A stretch of 64,000 nt of DNA from Antedon mediterranea (GCF_964355755.1 NC_092677.1:4548101-4612100); one strand, 5' to 3'. Shown: positions 25,013 to 36,696, counted from the first letter of the stretch. Numbers and translations: made by a program. The notes: generated by a model not told the origin, from the sequence alone.

Positions 25013-25479
25013 TAAGAGTGTGTTATAAGGAAGTTGTATATACAGTACAGTATTGTATTTTAATGTGACTGTCTTTCTTTTCTGGCCCGCTTCTTTTGGG
25101 GCCTATTGTAAATTGTGAATTTGCATACTTATTTCCTTGGTACTTGGTGGTTGTCCTCTTAAATACTCCACAAGCAAGTCTGACAACGAGGCACACAAAT
25201 TATACTTTACACATATAGGCCCTTAGTATAGTGGCTTTTAGTATAGTAGGCCTACTCGCCTAGTAGTAATGGTTTAATTATGTAATTTTTTAATAGCAGT
25301 ATAATCTATAAAACGGATTCTCACATCAATAATAAAAACAATCCACTTAATATTTTAAATCAGACAATGATAAAGATGGTATAGTAATTAGAAATGCATT
25401 AAACATCACGTGACATTATTGCATTAGTCTGAATTATATAGTTATTCGTAGGCCTATTTCAATATTTGTTTTGGTAAAA

Positions 25480-25850
25480 TCAACCATTTCCGACGTATAC
25501 TTTGTATGTGACGTGTGTACATCAACCATTTTCAGCGTATACTTTGTATGTACTGTGTGTACATCAACCATTCCAGCGTATTACTTTGTATGTGACGTGT
25601 GTACATTTACCATTTCCAACGTATACTTTGTATGTGACGTGTACATCAACCATTTCCAGCGTATACTTTGTATATGACGTGTGTACATTAACCATTTCCA
25701 ACGTATACTTTGTATGTGACGTGTGTACATCAACCATTTCCAACGTATTGCTTTTGTATGTGACGTGTGTACATCAACCATTTCCAGCCTATTACTGTTT
25801 ATGTACTGTGTGTACATCAACCACTTCTAGCGTATTACTTTGTATGTGCT
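25480..25850. repeat. ~42-bp minisatellite (TACTTTGTATGTGACGTGTGTACATCAACCATTTCCAACGTA), about 9 copies
   Basis: Direct tandem repeats with no spacers, ending just before the ATG at 25868. Confidence 0.9.
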
Positions 25851-25867
25851 GTCAACTGAAGACAAGA

Positions 25868-28800
25868 ATGATTGTTTGTGCTTGGTTTTACCTGGTGATC
25901 AACTCCCATGTTTTGGGGGATAGGCCTACTACGGTCCTGCCAACCACGGATAATGGTAAATAATTATTAATTGTTGACGTTTATTTTAAGTGTTGTTATT
26001 ACGAACGATGTTTGATGGATATATAATACAGTAGGGACCTACGCTTACTTAGTAATCGGATCCAATGCACAGTGCTTGGACCCAAGCTTGATTTAACATC
26101 TTTAAGTAAAAATGAATCTTTCTAAATAGACTCTGCTTTAACACGTTTTCCCTCACCGAGACTTACCCCTACCACACATGGGGATAGATGTGTAGTACCT
26201 ACTGCTGTTGTTTCTATACTTCACAACGATATATTGTAAAGTCCTAAGGAAAGAAAAGTAGATTTATTAGATTAATAGTTGTAATAATAATATAATTAGT
26301 ACTTTTTAGAAACATCTTAATGCAAAATATTATGATAAAATAAATCATCTTTTTAATATAATTAGTTTTCTTATTGTATTTTTAGAGGTTGGAAGTGGAG
26401 ATTATAGTTATGATCCCGAAGAATGTGTTATGACTTACAAACACTGGAAAGAACAAAGTAAGACGTGTTGTTATTTTGTATTCCTTTTAATAATACTTAT
26501 TTATTTAAAAACTGAAATTGGTACGCTGATTTACCGTTTATTAAATAAAAACTTGCCAAATGTTGATACATTTTCGATTGTGTAAATATCAGTTAAAGTT
26601 TACTAATAAAATATATAGGTCTAGATTAGTAGGTTTGTTAACATAGTGATTATTTTTGTACAGTATTATTGTTTTCAATTATTAAACGGTATTGTTTTAC
26701 AGGTGGTGTTAGTATGTTCGTGACCAACATTGGTCCTGTTGGAATTTACATTTCAAAGAGTGACAGCTCGTATTTAAGTTTTACGCCGGTTGGAATGGAG
26801 AATGTTCAATTAGTCGACCCTTGGGAGCTTGACTATGATGACACCACATCAACGCTATACTGGTATGATGACGGCAAGATGTCCATTGAACGATATTCAT
26901 TTGACACTAACCAACATGACGTGCTTTTTTCTTTTATATACTGTAAGAAAAAAAAGTCAGTCTATTTTTTAATAAGAAAATAAGCCTCATTATATTTTGA
27001 TAGCAACTTTTTAAACTGTGTAAGCTTATTATAGTACAAATATGCACTCTTTAGAATATTTTAATGCTTGAACCACATCCTACATTGTTTTATTGTTAAA
27101 TAATCAACGAAAACAAAATCATCAGTTACGTCACAAAATCAACGCGTATGCCTACTGAATAGAGCTTAGACAACTTAAACATCTGCACATAAATGGTAAT
27201 TATTATAGTCTATCAAAAAAAAAAAAAAAAAGTTCATAATTTCTCAGCGAAAGCGAAAAGCGTCCTGAATCCGTCTCTCTGTCAAATAATGTCTATGTTG
27301 TTATTCCATACTTTGTCAGGTCTTTCAAGTCCACGTCCTCAGAAAATTAAATTAGGATTACACGTTTTTATTAGATCTTCTTCTACATACATTAAATACA
27401 TAACTCTTATTTGGTTTGAGGGTTTGACATTTAAAATGTCTTTAAAAACGGGGTTGTCTTTTATTTAAAAAATCCTTAGCAAAGCTGTAGGTAGATTATA
27501 TATAATATTATTATAATTTATGTATATTATATGTATATTAAACAACATTGTTTAATATACAAATAATGAATGTTTATGAGTGCAATGGTACAAATAATGG
27601 CACGAGGTGAATGATGAAAGGTTATATCAACGAGGCAAAGCCGAGTTGATATAACCTTTCATCATTCACCTCGTGCCATTATTTGTACCATTACACGAAT
27701 ACAAAACATTCATTATTTGTTTCATCTAGACGTTTTTTTTTCGTACACAAAAATGTTTCAAAAAGTACTATTTAACGATCGTTGAATAGTGCGTACTATT
27801 GCACGCCATGTGACCCACATTCGTCCAATCAAATGACAGGAATTTATATAGGTGTTATATAATATCATTTATAAAGATGTGCGTTTAGCCGTTGATGGAC
27901 CTGGAAAGAAGCTTTATTTAACACTTGATGTTGGAAATACACGTAGAGTAATTGGAGTAATAAATCTGGATGGAATAGACTTAAGAACACTGATTGACAC
28001 AGGATTAATCTATCCATATGCAATTGCGATAGACACAACTAACGGGTATGTCACTCTCTATTGATTCCGTTATGCAATAACTCTCCAATGAGATCAACTA
28101 ACTTCACATACCCATAATATCGATTATTACGTAAACGTGTATTATTAATGCATACAAATCATTTACCTATTTTAATAATGAATTATAGAAAAGTAATAAT
28201 TATTGATGTTTTTTCATACATTCAATATCAGAATTTCAGTTCATTTAATAATATAGCTTTAGTATTATGTGTTTCTCTGGTATGTATGTGACTGTACAGT
28301 AACTGTAAATAACATACTATATTTAATTAGATACCTGTACTGGACTGATGCAGAATTGGAAAGGATAGAGCGAGTGAAGTTAAATGACTTGAGTACAAGA
28401 ACTGCTTTAGTGACAACTGGACTTAGTTATCCAACCGGACTTGTTTTAGCAGTTCCCGGTAAGTTAGAGTCATAAATGTATGCAAGTTATATAATGATAC
28501 TATATAATGATGTGCTAGTATTTGTAATGATGTTATTTGCTGACGACCGCAAGTAGATTAAACTCTTTACTATTGAACAACACGATAATTTCTCAGTAAG
28601 ATCATGGAGTAATTACTCAATGCTAAGACAATGGAGGTATCTCCATGCAAGACTAATTTGGTCATGTTTCATGCACATGTTTTGTGCTGATAAAATGTTA
28701 CAATTATCTGTTATAATGTAATACTATTTTATACTGAATCAACCAAATTATTTTACACCATTTAGACCTTTCAACACTTTGATAAAAAAAATGACCGAGG

Positions 28801-29315
28801 TAATAATATTAAGCGCTTAGAAGCATTGTGCAATAAGCGTTATAGGCCTATAGCCTAACAACGAATATTATTATTATTATTTACATTTATAGACCTGTCA
28901 ACAATTTCATACAGTTTAAAACTGCTCACGTATACAATTTTACTATGAGGGAAAGGAGCATATCCATTAAATTGAATTCATCCGCTATTCACTAAAAAAA
29001 AAGCTTTTATATATTTTAGATGGAAAGATGTATTGGTGTGGTTACAAAAAGAGAATGATTGGGGAAGCTAACCTTGATGGATCTAACAGAAGAACGATTA
29101 CGCTTTCTGAAAAGGCACGTCCGTATAACATTGACATTTATAGGAACTACCTGTACTGGACAGATTATGGTGGTGACATATATCGAGTTGATAGAAAAAC
29201 TGGAATATCATCAAATCAAACTAGCGATAGTCGACTTAATACTCCACATGGCTTATATATTTTCAAAAGTAAATATTCTAAGTTAAAGTATTTAAATGAA
29301 ATTGCTGTTAATTAA
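25868..29315 (+). CDS. LDL-receptor class B (YWTD) beta-propeller protein, LRP-like, probably secreted, ~315-330 aa in the recognisable part
   Basis: In-frame GT-AG exons 25868-25955 (hydrophobic signal-like MIVCAWFYLVINSHVLG), 26386-26457, 26703-26942, 27877-28045, 28331-28458 and 29020-29268 (possible donor) or -29315 (stop). Repeats LYWYD, LYLTL, LYWTD, MYWCG, LYWTD with P..IAID and NLDG spacing typical of YWTD propellers. The 3' end is uncertain. Confidence 0.8.
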
Positions 29316-30708
29316 AACTATATAATTGTAGTTTTTCTTTTAAACAATGGATGTGGGTGCAAATGATACGTTAAATAACATTTCATAGAAATTATTAGAG
29401 GCCTAGAATAGTACACATGTTTGTGGTCAGCAACATCCGTTTTTTAAGTACCATATTTTTAGACCAAAACAATATAAGACGAATCTGTTGTATTTTGAAA
29501 TGTTATACGTTTATAGAGTGACATGATATATTAATGGACGTTTATCTTAGTAAATATTTAGTAGAATGCTGCCACCAAGTTGTTCTAACACGATGCAAGT
29601 GTCTTGCGAATACATTGACTTACCACAATTAAATTGTAATGTAAATTATTGTTCCTTGAATTCATTTTTCTTAAATAGGCCTATGCCATTTTGATGTCAC
29701 GTATAGTATAGTTATTAACTTTTACTAAAATTATTGACCTGAAAAACTGTAATTTAAATCAAAACAATGGATTTTTGTTAAATTTAACAGTTTGTTTTAT
29801 CGTTTGTAATCTTTTGTTCGTTTATTTTTCCTACGGAAGTGAATAACTTGAAAACTTCAAATGGCCTATTCAAGTCTGTTTCAATTAATCTTCATTTGTT
29901 CATGTATTTGGGTTGTTAATACATCTATAATAATTATAATGACGTCACATAGTATCAAGCATGAAAAAACCTATGAACATTCAGGTTCTATTGGTTGCAG
30001 TCTTTTGTTTACGAATTCAAGAAAATAATTAATCGAACAAATTAACTTTTTAATGGAATGTAAACGTAGAAATGAATTACAATTTCTATATAAAATAGAG
30101 AAGAGAACTTTGTTTAATTCTATATTGCAGGAATATACGTCATAATAATGTGTAAACAGCATGTTTGTGGGAGGAAAACAACATGAGTTTATCATAATAT
30201 CAATGAATTATTTAATGTCTTTCTCATCTTCATGTCCCATAAATTAATTAAAATGTCTACTTAAGAGTAAACAAAATATTATTATTATTTTTAATTTTTT
30301 TCATTGTCATTATCATTACGGTATTATTAGTGTTATTACTATTATTATTATTATTTTTTTTTCTTTTTTAATACGGCCATACGGTTCTAGGACACCTACC
30401 CCCTAGACAGTTACCCCCGGATGGGTACCACCCGGACAACTACCCCCTTAGGACAACTACTCCCCGGACAACTACCCCCCTGACAACTACCCCCTTAGGA
30501 CAACTACCCCCTTAGGACAACTACCCCCTTAGGATAACAACCCCCCGGACAACCACCCCCTTAGGACAACTACCCCCTTAGGACAACTACCCCCCGGTCA
30601 ACTACCCCCGGTCAACTACCCCCCGGTCAACTACCCCCCCCCCCCCAATCTAAAAGTAGACAAATATATAGGACCGGTTTCTGTAAAAATGAAATCATCT
30701 GTTTTTAA

Positions 30709-30906
30709 CGGGTGTTTCGAAACTAGAGACCCGAGACCAGAGACCTGACACGAGACCCAATACGTATATTAGGCTCTCCCTTTTCGTATAGTGGGGTCTC
30801 CCTTTTCGTACGTGGGTCTCCCTTTTCGTATATTTAGGTCTCCCTTTTCGTATTGGGTCTCGGGTCTCTGGTCTCTGGTCTCGGGTCTCTAGTTTCGAAA
30901 CACCCG
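30709..30906. mobile_element. MITE nested in the foldback element
   Basis: Long TIRs CGGGTGTTTCGAAACTAGAGACCCGAGACC, 7-bp TSD TTTTTAA (30702-30708, 30907-30913), internal (GGTCTCCCTTTTCGTA)n. Confidence 0.85.
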
Positions 30907-32611
30907 TTTTTAATCGATTATTCTGTTTAACAGCACGCTAGACCCTAGATGTGCTAGATTTAAAGTACCGTATTTATTGAAAAAAACGGCCTGGGCTGTT
31001 TATTGTTTAGGTGGTTTTTAGGTGGACATTTATTGGAAGAAAGTTGTTTATTCAATGGGAGGGGGTATAATCTAATGGAAATAGACGCCGATTATTCCAT
31101 ATGATGTGTCATGGGAGTGACATGGTCACCGTTTATTTGAGGGGAATTTATTTAAAGATCGCCGTTTATTCGGTGAGTGAACATTGAGGTCAAATATCAA
31201 AAGTGATATTATTCTTCAAGTGTACAAAAATACAAATGACAAATTTGAGACAAAAATTAATTCTTTTAAGACCAGTGGTTATCGAAGCATTGTCCTGACG
31301 CAAAAATTATTATTATTATTAGCAAACCCAGTCTTTACAGTAAATACATGGAGTACTATATAATACGTTTGACTATCCTATGATCATGTGTGACAATCTT
31401 CAGTTTATACCAGGCTATATTTATGTTCAATCTTTTACTTTTGTTTACAATAATGAATAGTAATTCGTCAAAGTAACGAATTGAAATATAGTTATTAATT
31501 CCTATTATACACTGTTGCAGAGTCAGGTTGTTGAATGGCCTGGGTGGTAGTTGTCCATCCGGGGGATAGTTGTTCTAAAGGGATAGTTTTCTGGGTGGTA
31601 GTTGTCCAGGGGTTAGTTGTCCTACGGAGGTAGTTGTCCTAAAAGATTTTTTGCCCTCGGAGTATTGTCCAGGTCCAGGAGGTAGTTGTCCTACGAGGAG
31701 TATTGTGTCAGAGGCAGTTGTCCGCGGGGTAATTACCCGGGGGGGGGGGGGGGTGTAATTCTCCGGGGGTAATTGTCAAGGGGTAATTGTTCAGGGGTAA
31801 TTGTTCCTAGGGGGTAATTGTCCGGGGGTAGTTGTCCAGGGGTTAGTTGTCCAGGGGTTAGTTGTCCTACGGAGGTAGTTGTCCTAAAAGATTATTTGCC
31901 CTCGGAGTATTGTCCAGGAAGTAGTTGTCCTACGGGGAGTATTGTGTCAGAGGTAGTTGTCCGCGGGGTAATTACCCGGGGGGTGGGGTAATTGTCCGGG
32001 GGGTAATTGTCCGGGGGTAATTGTTCCTAGGGGGTAATTGTCCGGGGGGTAGTTGTCCAGGGGGTAGTCGTCCTAAGGGGCACAGCTGTTCCAGAAATAT
32101 GAATTAAGTGCAGCGCCCCCAACGTTTCATAGCGTTTTATGGAGTAGCGATTCCGAAAACATATTGTATACAAACCACATGAGGAACCCGGAAGCAATCA
32201 AGCATAAAACGACTGTTTTTTAATAGCCAATAAAAACAAATAAAGACCGCGAAAGTCAGAAAAATAATGAATATTCATTAGAACAACCCTGGATGAAGGT
32301 GAAAAACATGTTGTCGTCGTTTTATCACGTGGATTTTAAGAGGTAATGTAATTGAAAATTGTACACCCAACGCCAGTTTTTTTCTCAAGCGATACATTTA
32401 AAAAGTAGGTATAAATGTTGTTTTCCATATCAGTTTAAAAATAATTTTTTCTGTTGAATTCTTTGATTTAGTTGGATACTTTAGTTATCCTTGAATGTTT
32501 TAACAAGGATCGTATTCATATTGCCTGGCTGGATTTTTTCCTATGCTAGCTTATAATAGGCTATGCCCAGGCCCCATTGCGTGGTTAAAACCAGCTGTGT
32601 AAGACTAATGG

Positions 32612-33537
32612 CTGTTTATTTTTAACACGTAAACATGTATATTCGGAGGGCCTGAGTGACAGTTGACCTGTTATAAAGCTGATTAATTACTTGTTCCTGG
32701 TCCTAATTAAAAATTAGGCCTAGTCTAGGCCTAAGCTTTTTTAATAATCATTCATATTGGGAGAGGAGTACAGAGTAGGCCAGGCTACAGGCCTAGCCTA
32801 GTAGCCTAGCTAGGCCTATATAATAGGCTAGGCTACATCATCAGCAGGTTAAAGGCTAGCAGCCTACCTAGCATGTCTTAGTCAAAGATCTGTAATATAT
32901 TAATAGAAAGAAGATATAGAGTACTGTGACATTAGATATTTAATCATAAATGCATATTTCTTTCATATTTGTATTGTATATTTATTATTTTGATATGCAA
33001 TCACAATCTAAATCAGTAAATAACATCAATTTCCGTTATCAATCAATAATTATTAATATATAAACCAAATTAAAATAAAATAACTGTTTATTTTTAACAC
33101 GTAAACATGTCTATTCGGGGGCCTGAGTGACAGTTGACCTGTTATAAAGCTGATTAATTACTTGTTCCTGATCCTAATTAAAAATTAGGCCTAGCCTAGG
33201 CCTAAGCTTTTTTAATAATCATTCATATTGGGAGAGAGGAGTACAGAGTAGGCCAGGTTACAGGCCTAGCCTAGCTAGGCCTATACTATATATATGCTAG
33301 GCTACATCATCAGCAGGTTAAAGACTAGCAGCCTACCTAGCATGTCTTAGTCAAAGATCTGTAATATATTAATAGAAAGAAGCTATAGAGTACTGTGACA
33401 TTAGATATTTAATTATAAATGCATATTTCTTTCATATTTGTATTGTATTATATATGCAATCACAATCTAAATCACTAAATAACATCAATTTCCGTTATCA
33501 ATCAATAATATATATAAACCAAATTAAAATAAAATAG
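32612..33537. repeat. ~470-bp tandem duplication inside the Chapaev element
   Basis: 32612-33083 and 33084-33537 are near-identical (CTGTTTATTTTTAACACGTAAACATG...AAACCAAATTAAAATAAA). Confidence 0.9.
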
Positions 33538-33689
33538 CTTCCAAAAAATTAAATTCATTTACAATTCATATACCATTTGTTAAATATTTACAAAATCATT
33601 GTTCTAGCAATAACACAAAAAAATACTACCATTCATACAGTATACTGTACATAATAATATGCAATACTGTAACAATTAACTGAGAAATA

Positions 33690-34917
33690 GCAAACTATTC
33701 CTCAACTTTTCTCCACTTAGTTACCGACCTATTTACTTCATGCTGGATCTCAGGTGAAATAAACGTCAGATGTTACTTCATGATTTCCCACAAAACTTTT
33801 TCCATGGTACTGCTGTCGAGGAATTAATTTTTTCTAAATACCTCGTCCATTTTTGTACATAGAGGTCCAGTTTCAAATCTCTTGGTTCATAGTAGTTCAC
33901 TATATAAAATATATAAAAGAAATATGGCATTAATTTTTATAGTATTTGCATGTTTTAGACATAATTTGAAAGGTGTATAATGTAGGACTGACCAAGTCTT
34001 TGACCTCTTGTTCTTTTAGATTTAGTCTGTGGCCAGTCTCTGCAATCTTACTATGCTGTTTTGTCACAAGTGACACTGAGAGTTCATTTCTTAAATGCTC
34101 AAGATTCTCTTCTAAAGACTGGATTTTAATCATTGTACTTTGTAGCATGTCGATGTGCTGCAGCTTCTGATTTTCTCTTTCTGCTAGATGATCACCTGAG
34201 ATTAAACAATATTGGTCAACCAAATAAACGTCAATCTGCATAAAAAATGAGCATCAAAATTATTATATTTAAAAAATGTTAACAACTATTTCTTGTAGCA
34301 GATAATGATAATATATGGATAATTCATAGGAAAATATGTTCCAGCCAAAGGTTTGCTTTATTATGCATAAAAACAGGATAAACAATTTTGAAATTCTATG
34401 CTCAAAGGGACAATGTATATTTAAAGAGCAACTTGACCAATTGAGTTATTATGTAATGTCAATGTAAAGTTGAAACAACATTTGAATTTACCAGTCAAGA
34501 TGTCAGCATCCTGTCGCATGTTGAATATTATAACATATTGACACCTGGAAAAATAGTTGATTGAGGAAATATTTAATAAAGAAAAGAGGTATATTTATAA
34601 ATTACTGTAACAATTGTTTGTTTCGACAGTTATTTTATACTAACATTGTTCTTTAATATGAAGTACAAACACACATTTCATTGTTTGGAGTGTGTATTAA
34701 ACTTTCTAAGAGGTGGTTATGATTATTTACCTATCCTGTTTAATTCAATGTATACCAGGTATGGCCTAAAAACGCTGTGCGATATTGTTTTGCTTCTTTT
34801 TTTCACTTCCATGGTCTACAAAAGACTTGTAGGCCTTGAGATATCTACAGGCTTGAGGAACATTGTTGGTTCTGATGTCATCTTGATTACAAAAACAATA
34901 GATGCAACTGTACTTTC
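33690..34917 (-). pseudogene. Chapaev-type transposase remnant (frameshifted, internally deleted)
   Basis: Exon-like segments ~34731-34917 (GKYSCIYCFC...KAYKSFVDHGSEKKKQ, then frameshift to SVFRPYLVYIELNR), ~34492-34547, ~33992-34196 (coiled-coil), and ~33690-33882 (GPLCTKMDEVF, frameshift, PRQQYHGKSFVGNH at 33780-33821). The last matches the RQxYHGGSFVGNH motif I recall for Chapaev transposases. Confidence 0.75.
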
Positions 34918-36013
34918 CTTTAAAAATAAATCAATTTTTAAATCTACAGTACTTCAAATTTTGTGTCCAAACAAATCCAAACAAGAGAGCTAATAGCCAA
35001 AATATTAAACCATTATTATGCTGTAAAAATGTATTAATATTATTAAGGCCTAGCCTAGGCTGTGACTGTCACTCAGTCACACCAGCTAGCCTAAAAATGC
35101 ACCAGGAAAGCAATAATTATTATTATAAACACATGCCATTAATTATTTGGTAACAGTTATAATGATTACATTTAGGATTAGGGTAATTAAAGGTTTAACT
35201 ATTACGAATTTTCTATGTTTCGGCCTAGCTTCATTCTAGGCCCACATTACTGTCACGGTCATCGCGGGCGTCAACGCACTTTCTAAGCCTATCGCCAAAC
35301 CGTTTTCTCGCCGATAACAATAACAATGTATAAAAGAGTTGCAAAATATGCGAGTTTTACTAAAAACTGAACCAGGCTATATTAACAAAACTAGTATTAT
35401 TTTGTTTATATAATAATGATGGACTATATTCTAGTTCGTTCTTTTTCTAAAAAAATGAATTATATCCAAAAATAAAGTAAAGAATACAATGATATTTTCT
35501 ACTTACGATTGTTTACTATTTCATTACACAGTTTATCTCAACTTCCTGGTTTATGTGCGGGAGAGTATTTCAGTGAAATGGACAATATCCTCGTTTATTT
35601 ATTAATTTATAGTAAAGAAACAAATAAAATATTTATTTTTTAATTGAACATACACTTTTTTTAATCGTTTAGTTTTGTATAAAATGTTTTTACTACATAA
35701 AAACTGACGATAGCGAAATTTAATTTGGCGTTCGCGAAATAATGGTTTGTAAACAAAAATTATATGTCCGCGCGACTCGGGGGAGCCTCGTCTGCTAACA
35801 CTGAGGGCGCTTGACTTTTTCTGATACCTTAACACTAGTTGAAACAGCTGTGGGGGGTAGTTGTCCTAAGGGGGTAGTTGTCCGGGAGGTATTTGTCCGG
35901 GGGTAGTTGTCCTAAAGGGGTAGTTGTCCTAAGGGGGTAGTGGTCCAGGTGGTGGTTGTCCGGGGGATAGTTTTCCGGGGGGTAAATGTCCAGGGGGTGA
36001 ATATCCGGATACG

Positions 36014-36352
36014 CGGCCATACTGCGTTGAAACACCGGTTCTCGTCAGATCATCGAAGTTAAGCAACGTTGGGCCCGGTTGCGTTCTGGATGGGAGACCG
36101 TCTAGAAATCGTGGCGGGTGCTGTATATACTGGAGAGTGATGGTGTAATGGCAATATCGGACTAGCATGTGATAGGCATGGGTTCGAGGTTATCTGTACC
36201 ATACTAATTGCATCCTTAGGCAAGATGCTTTACTCTCATTGCCTAATCTGGTAGGCGCTGCACTGCTGGCTGCCGTGGGTCCGTGGAGGGCCTAATCCGA
36301 ATTTCCTCACTGAGGACAAATATTAATACAAAATACAAAATACAAATACAAA
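36014..36352 (+). mobile_element. Composite SINE: 5S rRNA-derived head (36014-~36125; first bases left at 30372-30381), tRNA-like segment, CORE-like domain, LINE-like tail
   Basis: CGGCCATACTGCGTTGAAACACCGGTTCTCGTCAGATCATCGAAGTTAAGCAACGTTGGGCCCGGTT..GGATGGGAGACCG..GGGTGCTGTA follows animal 5S rRNA. Then TGGTGTAATGG (A box) and GGGTTCGAGG (B box), CCTTAGGCAAGATGCTTTACTCTCATTGCCT (CORE-like), GAATTTCCTCAC..., and an (ATACAAA)n tail. Confidence 0.75.
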
Positions 36353-36512
36353 AATTAATATTTCTTGGCAAAATACAATTTTAGTACTTCATTTTGTTTG
36401 TTTGTTAGCACGATAGCGCCTACAATTTTCAAGTTATCATTCTGAATTTTTCGGTGTAAATAGGTAGATACTTACAGAACATGTCTATTGAAATTTAAGA
36501 AAATCGATTGAA

Positions 36513-36696
36513 TGAGCAAGCCAACAATTATTATTAGAATATTTAATGTCGTAATTACATTTATAATTTGTTTAGCAAGATTGTTGTTTTTATCTTTATT
36601 AAAATAAGTATTTAAATTGAAAAAAAAATACCGTTCTTGTTATCTCTCATAAAATGGCCTTCGTCATTTAAGATTTAAGAATACGTAAAATATTTA
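36513..36696 (+). pseudogene. Orphan fragment of MATE terminal exon plus 3' UTR
   Basis: Aligns to 23687-23860 (TGAGCAAGC.AACAATTATTATTAGAATATT...TTGTTATCTCTCATAAAATGGCCTTCGTCATTTAAGATTTAAGAATACGTAAAATATTTA). No other MATE exons nearby. Confidence 0.85.

Larger units (their letters stand above)
32081..35852 (-). mobile_element. Non-autonomous Chapaev (CMC superfamily) DNA transposon with decayed intron-containing transposase
   Basis: TIRs CACAGCTGTT (32081-32090) / AACAGCTGTG (35843-35852). Removing the element and one GGGG restores the host repeat CCTAAGGGGGTAG, i.e. a 4-bp TSD. Transposase motifs on the minus strand (next feature). Confidence 0.8.
30382..36013. mobile_element. 5.6-kb foldback-type DNA transposon (MULE/Phantom-like) with tandem-repeat arms (GGACAACTACCCCC)n
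   Basis: 8-bp TSD CGGCCATA at 30374-30381 and 36014-36021. Imperfect termini CGGTTCTAGGACACC.. / ..GAATATCCGGATACG. Left arm 30382-30646; inverted right arm 31540-32080 plus 35853-36013, split by a nested element. No transposase of its own seen, so the superfamily is inferred from TSD length and arm structure. Confidence 0.75.

Noticed and set aside
29565-29632. Cys-containing segment (CCHQVVLTRCKCLAN) as a possible EGF exon of the YWTD gene
   Set aside because: Weak acceptor, cysteine spacing does not fit EGF, and a stop follows quickly.
32081-35852. ProtoRAG/Transib identity suggested by the CACAG termini
   Set aside because: Reconstruction gives a 4-bp rather than 5-bp TSD, the YHGKSFVGNH motif is Chapaev-type, and no RAG2-like kelch/PHD sequence was seen.
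36014-36125. Functional 5S rRNA gene
   Set aside because: The 5' end is separated by a 5.6-kb insertion, the internal control region is diverged, there is no oligo-T terminator, and it runs into SINE sequence.
35835-36168. Pro-rich ORFs on the minus strand
   Set aside because: Translations of the foldback arm repeat (GGACAACTACCCCC)n and antisense 5S sequence.
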